A DNA stretch of 15,093 bases from Candidatus Fermentibacteraceae bacterium. Its GTDB lineage: Bacteria > Fermentibacterota > Fermentibacteria > Fermentibacterales > JCC-6. The notes under the pieces are model-generated. The model worked only from the letters and a program-made list of their open reading frames with translations. It had not been told where the DNA came from and did no database searches. Position numbers and translations under genes: made by a program. Positions 7,695-15,093 of the stretch are shown piece after piece. The stretch is taken from the NCBI GenBank assembly GCA_041686025.1, contig JAWLEP010000057.1, positions 1-15,093 on the forward strand. Reading direction: 5' to 3'. Numbering within the stretch: the first letter of the stretch is position 1; the number at the start of each line of letters is the position of its first letter.

Positions 7695-9098
7695 ATGAGA
7701 ACCGGATTCCGCTTTGCCTGCGCGGCCCTGGCCGCCGCGGCCGTGTCCTGTGGAACCGCCGGCGGGCCGGCCCCTTCCGGAGCCGAGAGGGGCGTGCAGA
7801 AGTTCGCCGTGACGCTTCAGGACAGGGACGTAGGCTACATGACGCTGCAGGTGGAGGAGCTTCCCTCGGGCTCGCTGCTGGTGTCGCAGAGCACCGAGTG
7901 GAACATGAGGCTCATGGGCACCCAGTCCAGCGTGAGCATGGAGTCGGAGGCGGTGACCGACTCGTCGCTGAACCTGGGCAGGATGGAGTTCTACATGTCC
8001 GACGGGTCCGCCGAGATCCGGGCCACCACCGTTCGGGGCGACGGGGTGCTGGAGCACACTATCCACTCCGCCGGGCGGGAGGCCAGCTTCCAGCGGGAGT
8101 TCGAGGGGGACTACATACCCGCCCTCCTGGACCTGGCCGTAGCCGGGATGGAGTGGGAGGAGGGCCAGGTGCGGGCCTTCCCCTCCTTCGACCCCTCCGC
8201 CGGCGTGGTCTCCGAGGCGGAGGTGACCTGCCTGGGATTCGAGGACGCCGAGCTGCTGGGGGAGAGGGTGACTGCGGCCAGGCTGCAGGTAAAACACATG
8301 GGCATGACCACCGACATGCTGGTCTCCGACGGGCAGATAATCAGCGAGGAAGAGGGCGGCTACGGGATGCGCATGACCAGGGTGCCTCCGGAGCAGGGCG
8401 GCGAGGTGGCGGTGGACACCGACCTCTACGACCTGTACGCCGTGAGCTCGACCGTCATCGACAACCCCCGTCGGCTGGGGACCCGCAGGTTCGTCCTGGA
8501 GGGCGACATCGACTGGTCGGCCTTCCGGATGAACTACCCGCCCCTGCAGAGCTTCGATGGAAACGTGGTCACGGTCACCTCCGAGAGGCCCGACAGCGCG
8601 GTGGGGCTGCCGGTTGAGAACCCCGAGTTCGCGCAGTACCTGCAGCCCGAGCCCATGATACAGTCCGACGACCCCGCCGTGGTGCGGCTTGCCGACAGCC
8701 TTACCCGGGGTGCCGGCGACGCCTGGGAGGCGGCCCTGCGGCTGAACGAGTTCGTGGACCTGGCGGTCCGGGACAACCCCACCGTATCGCTGCCCTCCAC
8801 GGTGGAGGTGCTGGAGAGCATGCGGGGCGACTGCAACGAGCACACCATTCTCTACGTGGGTCTGGCCAGGGCCGCCGGCATCCCGGCCAGGGTCTGCGCC
8901 GGCCTGGTCTACCTCGACGCGTCCTTCGGCTACCACGCCTGGCCCATGGTATGGGTGGGCGAATGGGTGGCGGTGGACCCCACCATCAGCCAGGAGGTGG
9001 CCGATCCCACCCACATAATTCTGGCAGTGGGCGACCTGGAGGCGCAGTACGTCATAGCGCAGGTTATGGGAAGGCTCTCCATCAGAGAGGTCCAATGA
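7695..9098 (+). CDS. Transglutaminase-like domain lipoprotein
   Basis: 467 aa, GGAGG RBS, signal peptide with an AVSC lipobox. C-terminal transglutaminase core: GDCNEH (Cys), ARAAGIPAR, YHAW (His), W..VDPT (Asp). Confidence 0.85.
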   Translation: MRTGFRFACAALAAAAVSCGTAGGPAPSGAERGVQKFAVTLQDRDVGYMTLQVEELPSGSLLVSQSTEWNMRLMGTQSSVSMESEAVTDSSLNLGRMEFYMSDGSAEIRATTVRGDGVLEHTIHSAGREASFQREFEGDYIPALLDLAVAGMEWEEGQVRAFPSFDPSAGVVSEAEVTCLGFEDAELLGERVTAARLQVKHMGMTTDMLVSDGQIISEEEGGYGMRMTRVPPEQGGEVAVDTDLYDLYAVSSTVIDNPRRLGTRRFVLEGDIDWSAFRMNYPPLQSFDGNVVTVTSERPDSAVGLPVENPEFAQYLQPEPMIQSDDPAVVRLADSLTRGAGDAWEAALRLNEFVDLAVRDNPTVSLPSTVEVLESMRGDCNEHTILYVGLARAAGIPARVCAGLVYLDASFGYHAWPMVWVGEWVAVDPTISQEVADPTHIILAVGDLEAQYVIAQVMGRLSIREVQ

Positions 9099-10210
9099 TG
9101 GCACCGACCGCCGAGACCGGGGCCATGGAGAGGGCCCTGGGGCTGGCGGAGAGGGGCCGCGGCAGCACCTTTCCCAACCCCATGGTGGGGGCCGTGGTGC
9201 TCTCCCCCGACGGCCGGACCGTGGGGGAGGGGTACCACAGCCGCTGCGGGGCAGCGCATGCGGAGGTGGAGGCCCTGCGGGACGCCGGTGAGAGGGCCCG
9301 GGGGGCCACCGTGGTGGTGAACCTGGAGCCCTGCTGCCACACCGGGCGGACCGGGCCCTGCACCCTGGAGCTTGCCGGGGCCGGGGTGGCCCGGGTGGTG
9401 GTGGCCATGGAGGACCCCAACCCCGAGGTGGCCGGAGGGGGCGTACGTCAGCTCCGCGGGCTGGGCATCGATGTCGAGGTGGGCCTGATGCGCGGCGCCG
9501 CCGAGGAGCTCAACCGGGCCTACGTCCACTACATCCGCACAGGCCGGAGCCTGGTGGTCCTGAAGATGGCGGTGACGCTGGACGGAAGGGTCGCCGCCCC
9601 CGACGGCTCCAGCCGCTGGATAACCTGTCCCGAGTCCCGCCGGGAGGCCCACCGGATGAGGAGCCTGGCGGACTGTGTTATGGTAGGGGCGGGAACCGTG
9701 GGCTCCGACGATCCCCGGCTCACGGTGCGCCTGGAGGGATTCGACCCCGCCGAGGGGCCCCTGAGGCTGGCAGTGGCCGGCCCGGGGGGCATACCCCGCG
9801 AGGCGAGGATGCTGCGGCAGGGGCCCCCGGCTGCAGTGGCCCTCCCCGCCGACGCCCCGCCGGAGGTGGCCGCGGGGCTGGAGGAATCGGGCGCCGGGGT
9901 CTGGCGGCTGCCCTCGGAGGGCGGGCTGGTGGTTCCGGAGACCCTCCTCGCCAGGACGGCGAAGGAGGGGATCGGCGAGGTCCTCTGCGAGGGCGGCCCC
10001 ACGCTGGCCACCGCCCTGCTGCGCCGGGGCCTGGCGGAAAGGGGCGCGTTCTTCGTGGCGCCTGCGCTGCTGGGGGATTCGGGCCGGCCGGCGCTGGGCG
10101 ACCTGGGCATTCCCACCATGGAGCGGGCCCTGAGGATGGAGGATGTCCGCGTGCGGGTCCTGGGCGGGGACGCGCTGCTGGAGGGCTACATTGTTTACGG
10201 GACTGGTTGA
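9095..10210 (+). CDS. ribD: Bifunctional diaminohydroxyphosphoribosylaminopyrimidine deaminase / 5-amino-6-(5-phosphoribosylamino)uracil reductase
   Basis: Start at ATG 9095 or 9098, overlapping the upstream TGA, with a GAGG RBS. Deaminase motifs PNPMVGAV, HAE, LEPCCH.GRTGPC; reductase motifs K.A.TLDG, S.WIT, DDPRLT, EGG. Confidence 0.95.
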   Translation: MMAPTAETGAMERALGLAERGRGSTFPNPMVGAVVLSPDGRTVGEGYHSRCGAAHAEVEALRDAGERARGATVVVNLEPCCHTGRTGPCTLELAGAGVARVVVAMEDPNPEVAGGGVRQLRGLGIDVEVGLMRGAAEELNRAYVHYIRTGRSLVVLKMAVTLDGRVAAPDGSSRWITCPESRREAHRMRSLADCVMVGAGTVGSDDPRLTVRLEGFDPAEGPLRLAVAGPGGIPREARMLRQGPPAAVALPADAPPEVAAGLEESGAGVWRLPSEGGLVVPETLLARTAKEGIGEVLCEGGPTLATALLRRGLAERGAFFVAPALLGDSGRPALGDLGIPTMERALRMEDVRVRVLGGDALLEGYIVYGTG

Positions 10211-10790
10211 GGGCACCGGCAGGGTGGAGAGGCCGGGGGAGACCCTGGAGGTCTCCCACTCCCTGGAGGGCCCCGTACGCCGCGGCGAGAGCCTGAGCGT
10301 GGATGGTGCATGCCTCACCGTCACGGGGGTTGGAGAGGGCAGGCTGGCCTTCTACGTCTCCCCCGAGACCCTCTCCCGGACTGTTGCCGGCTCCTACTCC
10401 CGCGGCAGGAGGGTGAACCTGGAGCGGCCGCTGCGGGCGTCGGACAGGCTGCACGGCCACTTCGTCACCGGCCACGTGGACCGGACGGAGAAGGTAATCT
10501 TCTCAAGGCGCTCCTCTCAGGGTGCCAGAGTGCGGGTCTCCCTGTCGGGGGACCCGGAGCTGGTAGTGCCCAAGGGGTCGGTGGCCCTGGACGGCATCAG
10601 CCTCACCGTGGCCGCCTGCGGGTCGGGCTGGCTGGAGGTGGAGCTGATTCCCCAGACCATGGAGACCACCACCGCCGGCGGCTGGCGGCCGGGCAGCCGG
10701 GTGAACCTGGAGCTGGACCTGCTGGGAAAGTACGTTACCGCCATGGCCCCGGGCAGGGGCGGCGGTCTGAAGGACTACCTGAGCCGGTAA
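10191..10790 (+). CDS. ribE: Riboflavin synthase (alpha chain)
   Basis: The TTG at 10191, after GGAGG, gives the canonical N-terminus MFTGLVE. Motifs [47 protein letters not shown]. Confidence 0.94.
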   Translation: MFTGLVEGTGRVERPGETLEVSHSLEGPVRRGESLSVDGACLTVTGVGEGRLAFYVSPETLSRTVAGSYSRGRRVNLERPLRASDRLHGHFVTGHVDRTEKVIFSRRSSQGARVRVSLSGDPELVVPKGSVALDGISLTVAACGSGWLEVELIPQTMETTTAGGWRPGSRVNLELDLLGKYVTAMAPGRGGGLKDYLSR

Positions 10791-10842
10791 CGCCGCCCCC
10801 GCGGCGGCCGCCGGACGCATACGTCAGCTGAACGGATGGAAG

Positions 10843-12087
10843 ATGGACAGCGCGAAGAGCCGTGACAGCGTCCTGGACGGCGCGGAGGAGGCCATAGAGG
10901 CCTTCTCCCGCGGCGAGATGGTTGTGGTGGTGGACGACGAGAACCGGGAGAACGAGGGCGACCTGGTGGTGGCCGCCGAGCTCTGCGGTCCGGAGGAGAT
11001 CAACTTCATGGCCCGCAACGCCAGGGGGCTGGTCTGCCTGGCCATGGAGCGGGAGGACCTCTCCCGGCTGGAGATAGACGAGATGGTCCCCCGGAACACC
11101 TCCCTGCACAACACCGCCTTCATGGTGAGCGTGGACGCCGCATCCGGGGTGAGCACCGGCATCTCCGCCGCGGACCGGGCCCGGACCATACAGGTGGCCA
11201 TAGACCCCTCCTCCAGACCCGAGGACCTGGTGCGTCCGGGGCACATCTTCCCCCTGGCCGCCAGGAAGGGGGGCGTCCTCACCAGGACGGGCCACACCGA
11301 GGCAGCGGTGGACCTGGCCCGGCTGGCCGGCCTGCGGCCGGCGGGAGTGATATGCGAGATCATGCGCGAGGACGGGACCATGGCCCGCCTTCCCCACCTG
11401 AGGGAGTTCGCCGACCAACACGGCCTGGTGCTGACCTCGGTGGAGAAGCTGGTCCGCCACCGCCGCCTCACCGAGGTGCAGGTCCGCAGGGTGGCGGAGT
11501 CCACCCTGCCCACCGCCGCCGGGGAGTTCGGCCTGCTGGTCTTCGAGGACACCATAGACGGCGCCATACACACCGCGCTGGTGAAGGGCGACGTGGAGGG
11601 CAGGGAGAACGTCCTGGTGAGGGTCCATTCGCAGTGCCTCACCGGGGACGTCTTCGGCTCCCGCCGCTGCGACTGCGGCGAGCAGCTGCACCGGGCCATG
11701 GAGATGGTGCAGGAGGAGGGCCTGGGAGTGGTGCTCTACATGGCGCAGGAGGGCCGGGGCATAGGCCTGGCCAACAAGATACGCGCCTACCACCTGCAGG
11801 ACCACGGCCTGGACACGGTGGAGGCCAACGAGGAGCTGGGGTTCCCCCCGGACCTCAGGGACTACGGCACCGGTGCGCAGATACTGGCCGACCTGGGGCT
11901 GTCCACCATAAGGCTGCTCACCAACAACCCCCGGAAGATAGTGGGGCTCAACGGCTACGGCCTGGAAGTGGTGGAGCGGGTACCGCTTCAGGTGCGGCCC
12001 CGCAGCGAGAACATCAGATACCTTCGAACCAAGAAGGAGAAGCTGGGACACATGCTGGAGGGAGTGGACGATGGCGAGGACACATGA
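10843..12087 (+). CDS. ribBA: Bifunctional 3,4-dihydroxy-2-butanone-4-phosphate synthase / GTP cyclohydrolase II
   Basis: 414 aa. RibB motifs [34 protein letters not shown]; RibA motifs [30 protein letters not shown]. Confidence 0.96.
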   Translation: MDSAKSRDSVLDGAEEAIEAFSRGEMVVVVDDENRENEGDLVVAAELCGPEEINFMARNARGLVCLAMEREDLSRLEIDEMVPRNTSLHNTAFMVSVDAASGVSTGISAADRARTIQVAIDPSSRPEDLVRPGHIFPLAARKGGVLTRTGHTEAAVDLARLAGLRPAGVICEIMREDGTMARLPHLREFADQHGLVLTSVEKLVRHRRLTEVQVRRVAESTLPTAAGEFGLLVFEDTIDGAIHTALVKGDVEGRENVLVRVHSQCLTGDVFGSRRCDCGEQLHRAMEMVQEEGLGVVLYMAQEGRGIGLANKIRAYHLQDHGLDTVEANEELGFPPDLRDYGTGAQILADLGLSTIRLLTNNPRKIVGLNGYGLEVVERVPLQVRPRSENIRYLRTKKEKLGHMLEGVDDGEDT

Positions 12088-12559
12088 GGGAGAGCTGGAC
12101 GGAAGGGGGCTTCGGGCCGGCATAGTGGTCTCGAGGTTCAACAGCTTCGTCAGCGAGCGCTTGCTGGAGGGCGCCCTGGACTGCCTGAAGCGCCACGGCA
12201 CCGAGGAGGGCGACATCGAGGTCTACCGGGTTCCCGGGGCGTGGGAGATACCCCCGGTGGCCGCCAGGCTGGCCCGCTCCGGGTCCGCCCCCGACATGGT
12301 GATCTGCCTGGGGGCCGTGATCAGGGGCGAGACGCCCCACTTCGACTACGTCTGCGCCGAGGCCTCCAAGGGCGTGGCCCGGGTGGCCCTGGACGCCGAC
12401 GTCCCCGTGGCCTACGGGATCATCACCGCCGATACGGTGGAGCAGGCGGTAGACCGGGCCGGGGCCAAGTCCGGCAACCGGGGCTTCGACGCCGCCATGA
12501 CCGCACTGGAGATGGCCCGGCTCTACCGCCGGATCGACCAAGCCGGGAAGGGGAGCTAG
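12071..12559 (+). CDS. ribH: 6,7-dimethyl-8-ribityllumazine synthase
   Basis: 162 aa. Motifs [39 protein letters not shown]. Overlaps the ribBA end by 17 nt. Confidence 0.96.
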   Translation: MARTHEGELDGRGLRAGIVVSRFNSFVSERLLEGALDCLKRHGTEEGDIEVYRVPGAWEIPPVAARLARSGSAPDMVICLGAVIRGETPHFDYVCAEASKGVARVALDADVPVAYGIITADTVEQAVDRAGAKSGNRGFDAAMTALEMARLYRRIDQAGKGS

Positions 12560-12573
12560 CCGGCGTGGGGGTG

Positions 12574-12972
12574 ATGAGCCGCAGCAGGAAGTTCCTCCTG
12601 CAGTGCCGGTACGCGGCGGACGCCAACGGCCGCCCGCTGGAGGAGAACCTCGAGGACCTGGGTCTGGGAAGCCGCTTCGACGCCGAGCACGCCGCGTGGA
12701 TCCGCGACCTGGGCCGGGTCACCGCCCGCCACCGCGACGACCTGGACCGGGAGATCGAGTCCGTCCTGGAGAACTGGCGGCTGGAGCGGCTCAACGCCAT
12801 CACCCGCCTGATACTGGAGCAGGCCCTGGCCGAGGTCCGCTACGGAGACACCCCCGCGGCGGTGGCCATAGACGAGGCCATCAGGCTGGCGGGGGAGTTC
12901 GAGGAGGAGGGGGCCGGGTCCTTCGTCAACGGCGTCCTGGACCGGCTGGTGGGCACCGGGAGCCCGGGCTGA
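12574..12972 (+). CDS. nusB: Transcription antitermination factor NusB
   Basis: ATG 12574 (or GTG 12571). MSRSRKFLLQ..Y, LDREIESVLENWRLERL, P.AVAIDEAIRLA, FVNGVLD. Canonical position after ribH. Confidence 0.9.
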   Translation: MSRSRKFLLQCRYAADANGRPLEENLEDLGLGSRFDAEHAAWIRDLGRVTARHRDDLDREIESVLENWRLERLNAITRLILEQALAEVRYGDTPAAVAIDEAIRLAGEFEEEGAGSFVNGVLDRLVGTGSPG

Positions 12973-12973
12973 C

Positions 12974-13684
12974 GTGCTGCTGCGGGTGATAAGCGACATC
13001 CACGGCAACATCCAGGCCCTGGAGGCCGTCCTGGATGATCCGCCGGGGGCCGAGGCGGACGAGACGGTATGCCTGGGGGACGTGGTGGGCTACGGGGCCC
13101 GTCCGTCCCGGTGCATATCCCGGGTGCGCAGGGAGTGCACCACGGTGGTCCGCGGCAACCACGACACCGGCGTCGCAGGCCTGATGGAGCTGGACTTCTT
13201 CAACAGCGCCGGCCGGGAGGCGGTGGTCTGGACCCGGGAGCGGATGTCGGCCGACGAGACCGATTGGCTGGGGTCGCTTCCCCTCACCGCGGAGATGGAC
13301 GACCTCTTCCTCTGCCACAGCAACCCCCACGCCCCGGACACCTGGGGCTACGTCCTCTACTCCCACATGGCCCTGGCCGCCTGCCGCGACCACCCCGGCC
13401 AGATCTGCCTCATCGGCCACACCCACCTGCCGCTGTGCTGGAACGAGTACGGCGAGCCCTCCCAGCGGGAGGAGGGCAGCCTGGACGACGTCTGCATCGT
13501 AAACGCCGGAAGCGTGGGCCAGCCCCGGGACGAAAACCCCAGGGCCGCCTACCTGCTGCTGGACACGGACCGGGGGACCTGGAGCCACCGGCGGGTCCGC
13601 TACGACGTCTCCGCCGCCGCCTCCGACATCCGGGAGGCGGGTCTTCCCGAGACGCTCTGGCGTCGCCTGTCCCGGGGTCGCTGA
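12974..13684 (+). CDS. Metallophosphoesterase family protein (calcineurin-like)
   Basis: 236 aa, GTG start. Motifs SDIHGN, CLGDVVGYG, RGNHD, GHTH, NAGSVGQPRD. Confidence 0.9.
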   Translation: MLLRVISDIHGNIQALEAVLDDPPGAEADETVCLGDVVGYGARPSRCISRVRRECTTVVRGNHDTGVAGLMELDFFNSAGREAVVWTRERMSADETDWLGSLPLTAEMDDLFLCHSNPHAPDTWGYVLYSHMALAACRDHPGQICLIGHTHLPLCWNEYGEPSQREEGSLDDVCIVNAGSVGQPRDENPRAAYLLLDTDRGTWSHRRVRYDVSAAASDIREAGLPETLWRRLSRGR

Positions 13685-13690
13685 GGGGAT

Positions 13691-13719
13691 TTGACCCGCC
13701 GGCGCGGCGGTGGTATCAG
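13691..13719 (+). promoter_or_regulatory. Candidate sigma70 promoter with extended -10 for the repeat protein gene
   Basis: TTGACC (13691-13696), 17-nt spacer, TATCAG (13714-13719), with TG at 13711-13712 (TGn extension). Confidence 0.5.
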
Positions 13720-13750
13720 AGTCTACAGCCTACAGCCGAAGGGGATGGGC

Positions 13751-14080
13751 ATGAGATCACTGCTTGCTCTGCTGACGGCGGCGGCCGCCGCGCTGGCCGG
13801 CAGCGTCTTCGTCACCGACTACGAGTACCAGGCGGACATTCCGGTCTGCGAGGTGGAGTACGAGTACCAGGCCGACCTCTGCGTCTACCCGGTGGAGTAC
13901 GAGTACCAGGCCGATGACGAGGACGGCCTGTGGTACTTCTGCGACTACGAGTACCAGGCGGACTTCACCGTCTGCTACGTGGACTACGAGTACCAGGCGG
14001 ACCTGAAGATATACTTCGTGGACTACGAGTACCAGGCCGGCTGGGAGGAGAGCAGCGAGTGGAGGGGCCGGCTGCACTGA
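13751..14080 (+). CDS. Secreted acidic YEYQAD-repeat protein, DUF6150-like (candidate 7(1)-knot domain)
   Basis: 109 aa from ATG 13751 (AAGGGG RBS). Sec-type signal MRSLLALLTAAAAALA, six (D/E)YEYQA repeats, central GLWYF, terminal QAGW. Family assignment is from memory. Confidence 0.8.
   Translation: MRSLLALLTAAAAALAGSVFVTDYEYQADIPVCEVEYEYQADLCVYPVEYEYQADDEDGLWYFCDYEYQADFTVCYVDYEYQADLKIYFVDYEYQAGWEESSEWRGRLH
13817..14037 (+). repeat. Six intragenic direct repeats GA(C/G)TACGAGTACCAGGC
   Basis: Copies start at 13817, 13856, 13895, 13943, 13982 and 14021, with periods of 39, 39, 48, 39 and 39 bp. All are in frame with the CDS. Confidence 0.9.
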
Positions 14081-14096
14081 GGCCCCCCGAAGCTGT

Positions 14097-14798
14097 CTAA
14101 TCCACTCCCAGCGCCCGCTCCAGCCGCCTGACCCGGGGGATATCGGGGGGAAGGACGCTCCACAGCAGCCGGTAGAACTCCCCGGAGTGGCTGCGGACCC
14201 GCAGGTGGCAGACCTCGTGGGCCACCACCTGCTCCCACGCCCAGGCCGGAAGGTGCGCCAGGCGCAGGCTCAGGGTCAGCCTTCCGGTGCGCCCCAGGCT
14301 CCCCCAGCGGCTGCTCATGTCCCGGACCCGCACCGGCGGGGCCTCCACCGAGAGCCTGCCGGCGTAGAGCTTCGAGAGCCTCTCCCCCTCTTCGCGCAGG
14401 CGGCGGGCCAGCCAGCCCTCCACGGACTGCCGAACCGCATCCGGTCCGGGGTCCGGTGGCAGACGGGCGTGCAGGACGCCGTCCCGCAGCTCCACCATGC
14501 TTTCATCGTCGCTGCCATGCAGCTCCAGGGGAAGCCTCCTGCCCCGAAAGGTGACGTGGCCGCCGTCGGCAAAGCGGCACGAGGTGAGCTCGGCCAGCCG
14601 CTGTTCGCGATTCCGCAGCCGGGCCTGCCTGGCGGCTATCCACTCCCTGCGGCGCCGCGCCAGCCGCCGCAGCGCTCGGGGGCTGTCTCCGGCGGGGCCC
14701 ACTACAGTGACCCGGTGGGGGCGGACCACGATGCGCCGGCGCCGGGCCCTGGGGCTGAGCCGCACCTCGAGGTTCTCCAGGGGATCGGCTTCGGCCAG
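14097..14798 (-). CDS. YgjP/DUF45 (M48/SprT-like) zinc metallohydrolase
   Basis: N-terminal 'VRLSPRARRRRIVV', plus 'VRDMSSRWGS' and 'VVAHEVCHLRVRSHSGEFY' (HExxH). Start uncertain: CTG 14798 (GGAAGG upstream) or GTG 14765. Confidence 0.85.
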   Translation of the reverse strand: MAEADPLENLEVRLSPRARRRRIVVRPHRVTVVGPAGDSPRALRRLARRRREWIAARQARLRNREQRLAELTSCRFADGGHVTFRGRRLPLELHGSDDESMVELRDGVLHARLPPDPGPDAVRQSVEGWLARRLREEGERLSKLYAGRLSVEAPPVRVRDMSSRWGSLGRTGRLTLSLRLAHLPAWAWEQVVAHEVCHLRVRSHSGEFYRLLWSVLPPDIPRVRRLERALGVD

Positions 14799-14801
14799 GG
14801 C

Positions 14802-15093
14802 TCAGCCTTCCCTTCCGGCGGCGGCCTCCATGATGGATATCATGCGGGCGGCAGTAGCGTCCCAGTCGAAGCTCCGGGCCCAGGGCAGGGCCCTCTCGGC
14901 CAGACGGCGGCGCAGGCTCCGGTCGGTGAGCACCCGCTGCAGGGCATCGGCCAGGGCGGCCTCGTCGCCGTGGGGCACCAGCAGGCCGGTCTCCCCGTCC
15001 CTCACCGAGTCCCGCAGCCCGTCGCTGTCGCTGGCCACCACCGGGGTGCCGCAGGCGTTGGCCTCTATGACGGTGAGCCCCCATCCCTCCTTC
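14802..15093 (-). CDS. Glycosyltransferase family 4 (GT-B), 3' part only
   Basis: The frame from 15092 reads KEGWGLTVIEANACGTPVVASDSDGLRDSVRDGETGLLV...FDWD, containing the GT4 E-x7-E motif. TGA at 14804-14802. Confidence 0.9.
   Translation of the reverse strand, partial: KEGWGLTVIEANACGTPVVASDSDGLRDSVRDGETGLLVPHGDEAALADALQRVLTDRSLRRRLAERALPWARSFDWDATAARMISIMEAAAGREG

Noticed and set aside
8951..9094. Upstream extensions of ribD, and likewise ribE (10143) and nusB (12241), in the ORF track
   Set aside because: They overlap the upstream genes extensively. The downstream starts give canonical N-termini.
10791..10842. Hairpin CGCCGC-CCCC-GCGGCG between ribE and ribBA as an FMN riboswitch or terminator
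   Set aside because: The gap is only 52 bp, with no FMN aptamer consensus and no U-tract.
13817..14037. Regularly spaced 17-bp direct repeats resembling a mini CRISPR array
   Set aside because: The periods are multiples of 3 and in frame with a signal-peptide ORF. The repeats are too short, the 'spacers' encode similar beta-strands, the repeat consists of preferred GC-rich codons, and there are no cas genes.
14802..14804. TGA recoding (selenocysteine or an alternative genetic code)
   Set aside because: Many genes here end in TGA at family-typical positions, often overlapping the next start. This TGA follows the natural GT4 C-terminus rather than a catalytic Cys position.

Overview
GC-rich bacterial chromosomal window, mostly housekeeping and metabolic genes. 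No rRNA, tRNA, CRISPR or transposase was recognisable. From left to right: the 5' part of a lipoprotein gene (-); a more AT-rich AAA_14/DUF4143-type ATPase gene (-) whose promoter region carries three imperfect palindromes at an exact 40-bp period; an MscS channel (+); a two-gene minus-strand unit (L-lysine 6-transaminase lat, then a RhaD-like class II aldolase) behind a hairpin-rich leader of about 135 nt; a divergent, tightly coupled plus-strand operon (ptb, rpiB, wecB, transglutaminase-like lipoprotein, ribD, ribE, ribBA, ribH, nusB, metallophosphoesterase); a small secreted acidic protein with six (D/E)YEYQA repeats and its own promoter, resembling DUF6150 and a candidate 7(1)-knotted protein; and, convergently, a YgjP/M48-like HExxH protein lying in frame behind the 3' end of a GT4 glycosyltransferase. 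Family calls come from motif recognition by eye, not database searches. The best leads are the repeat protein, the palindrome array upstream of the AAA ATPase, and the lat leader with its orphan aldolase.
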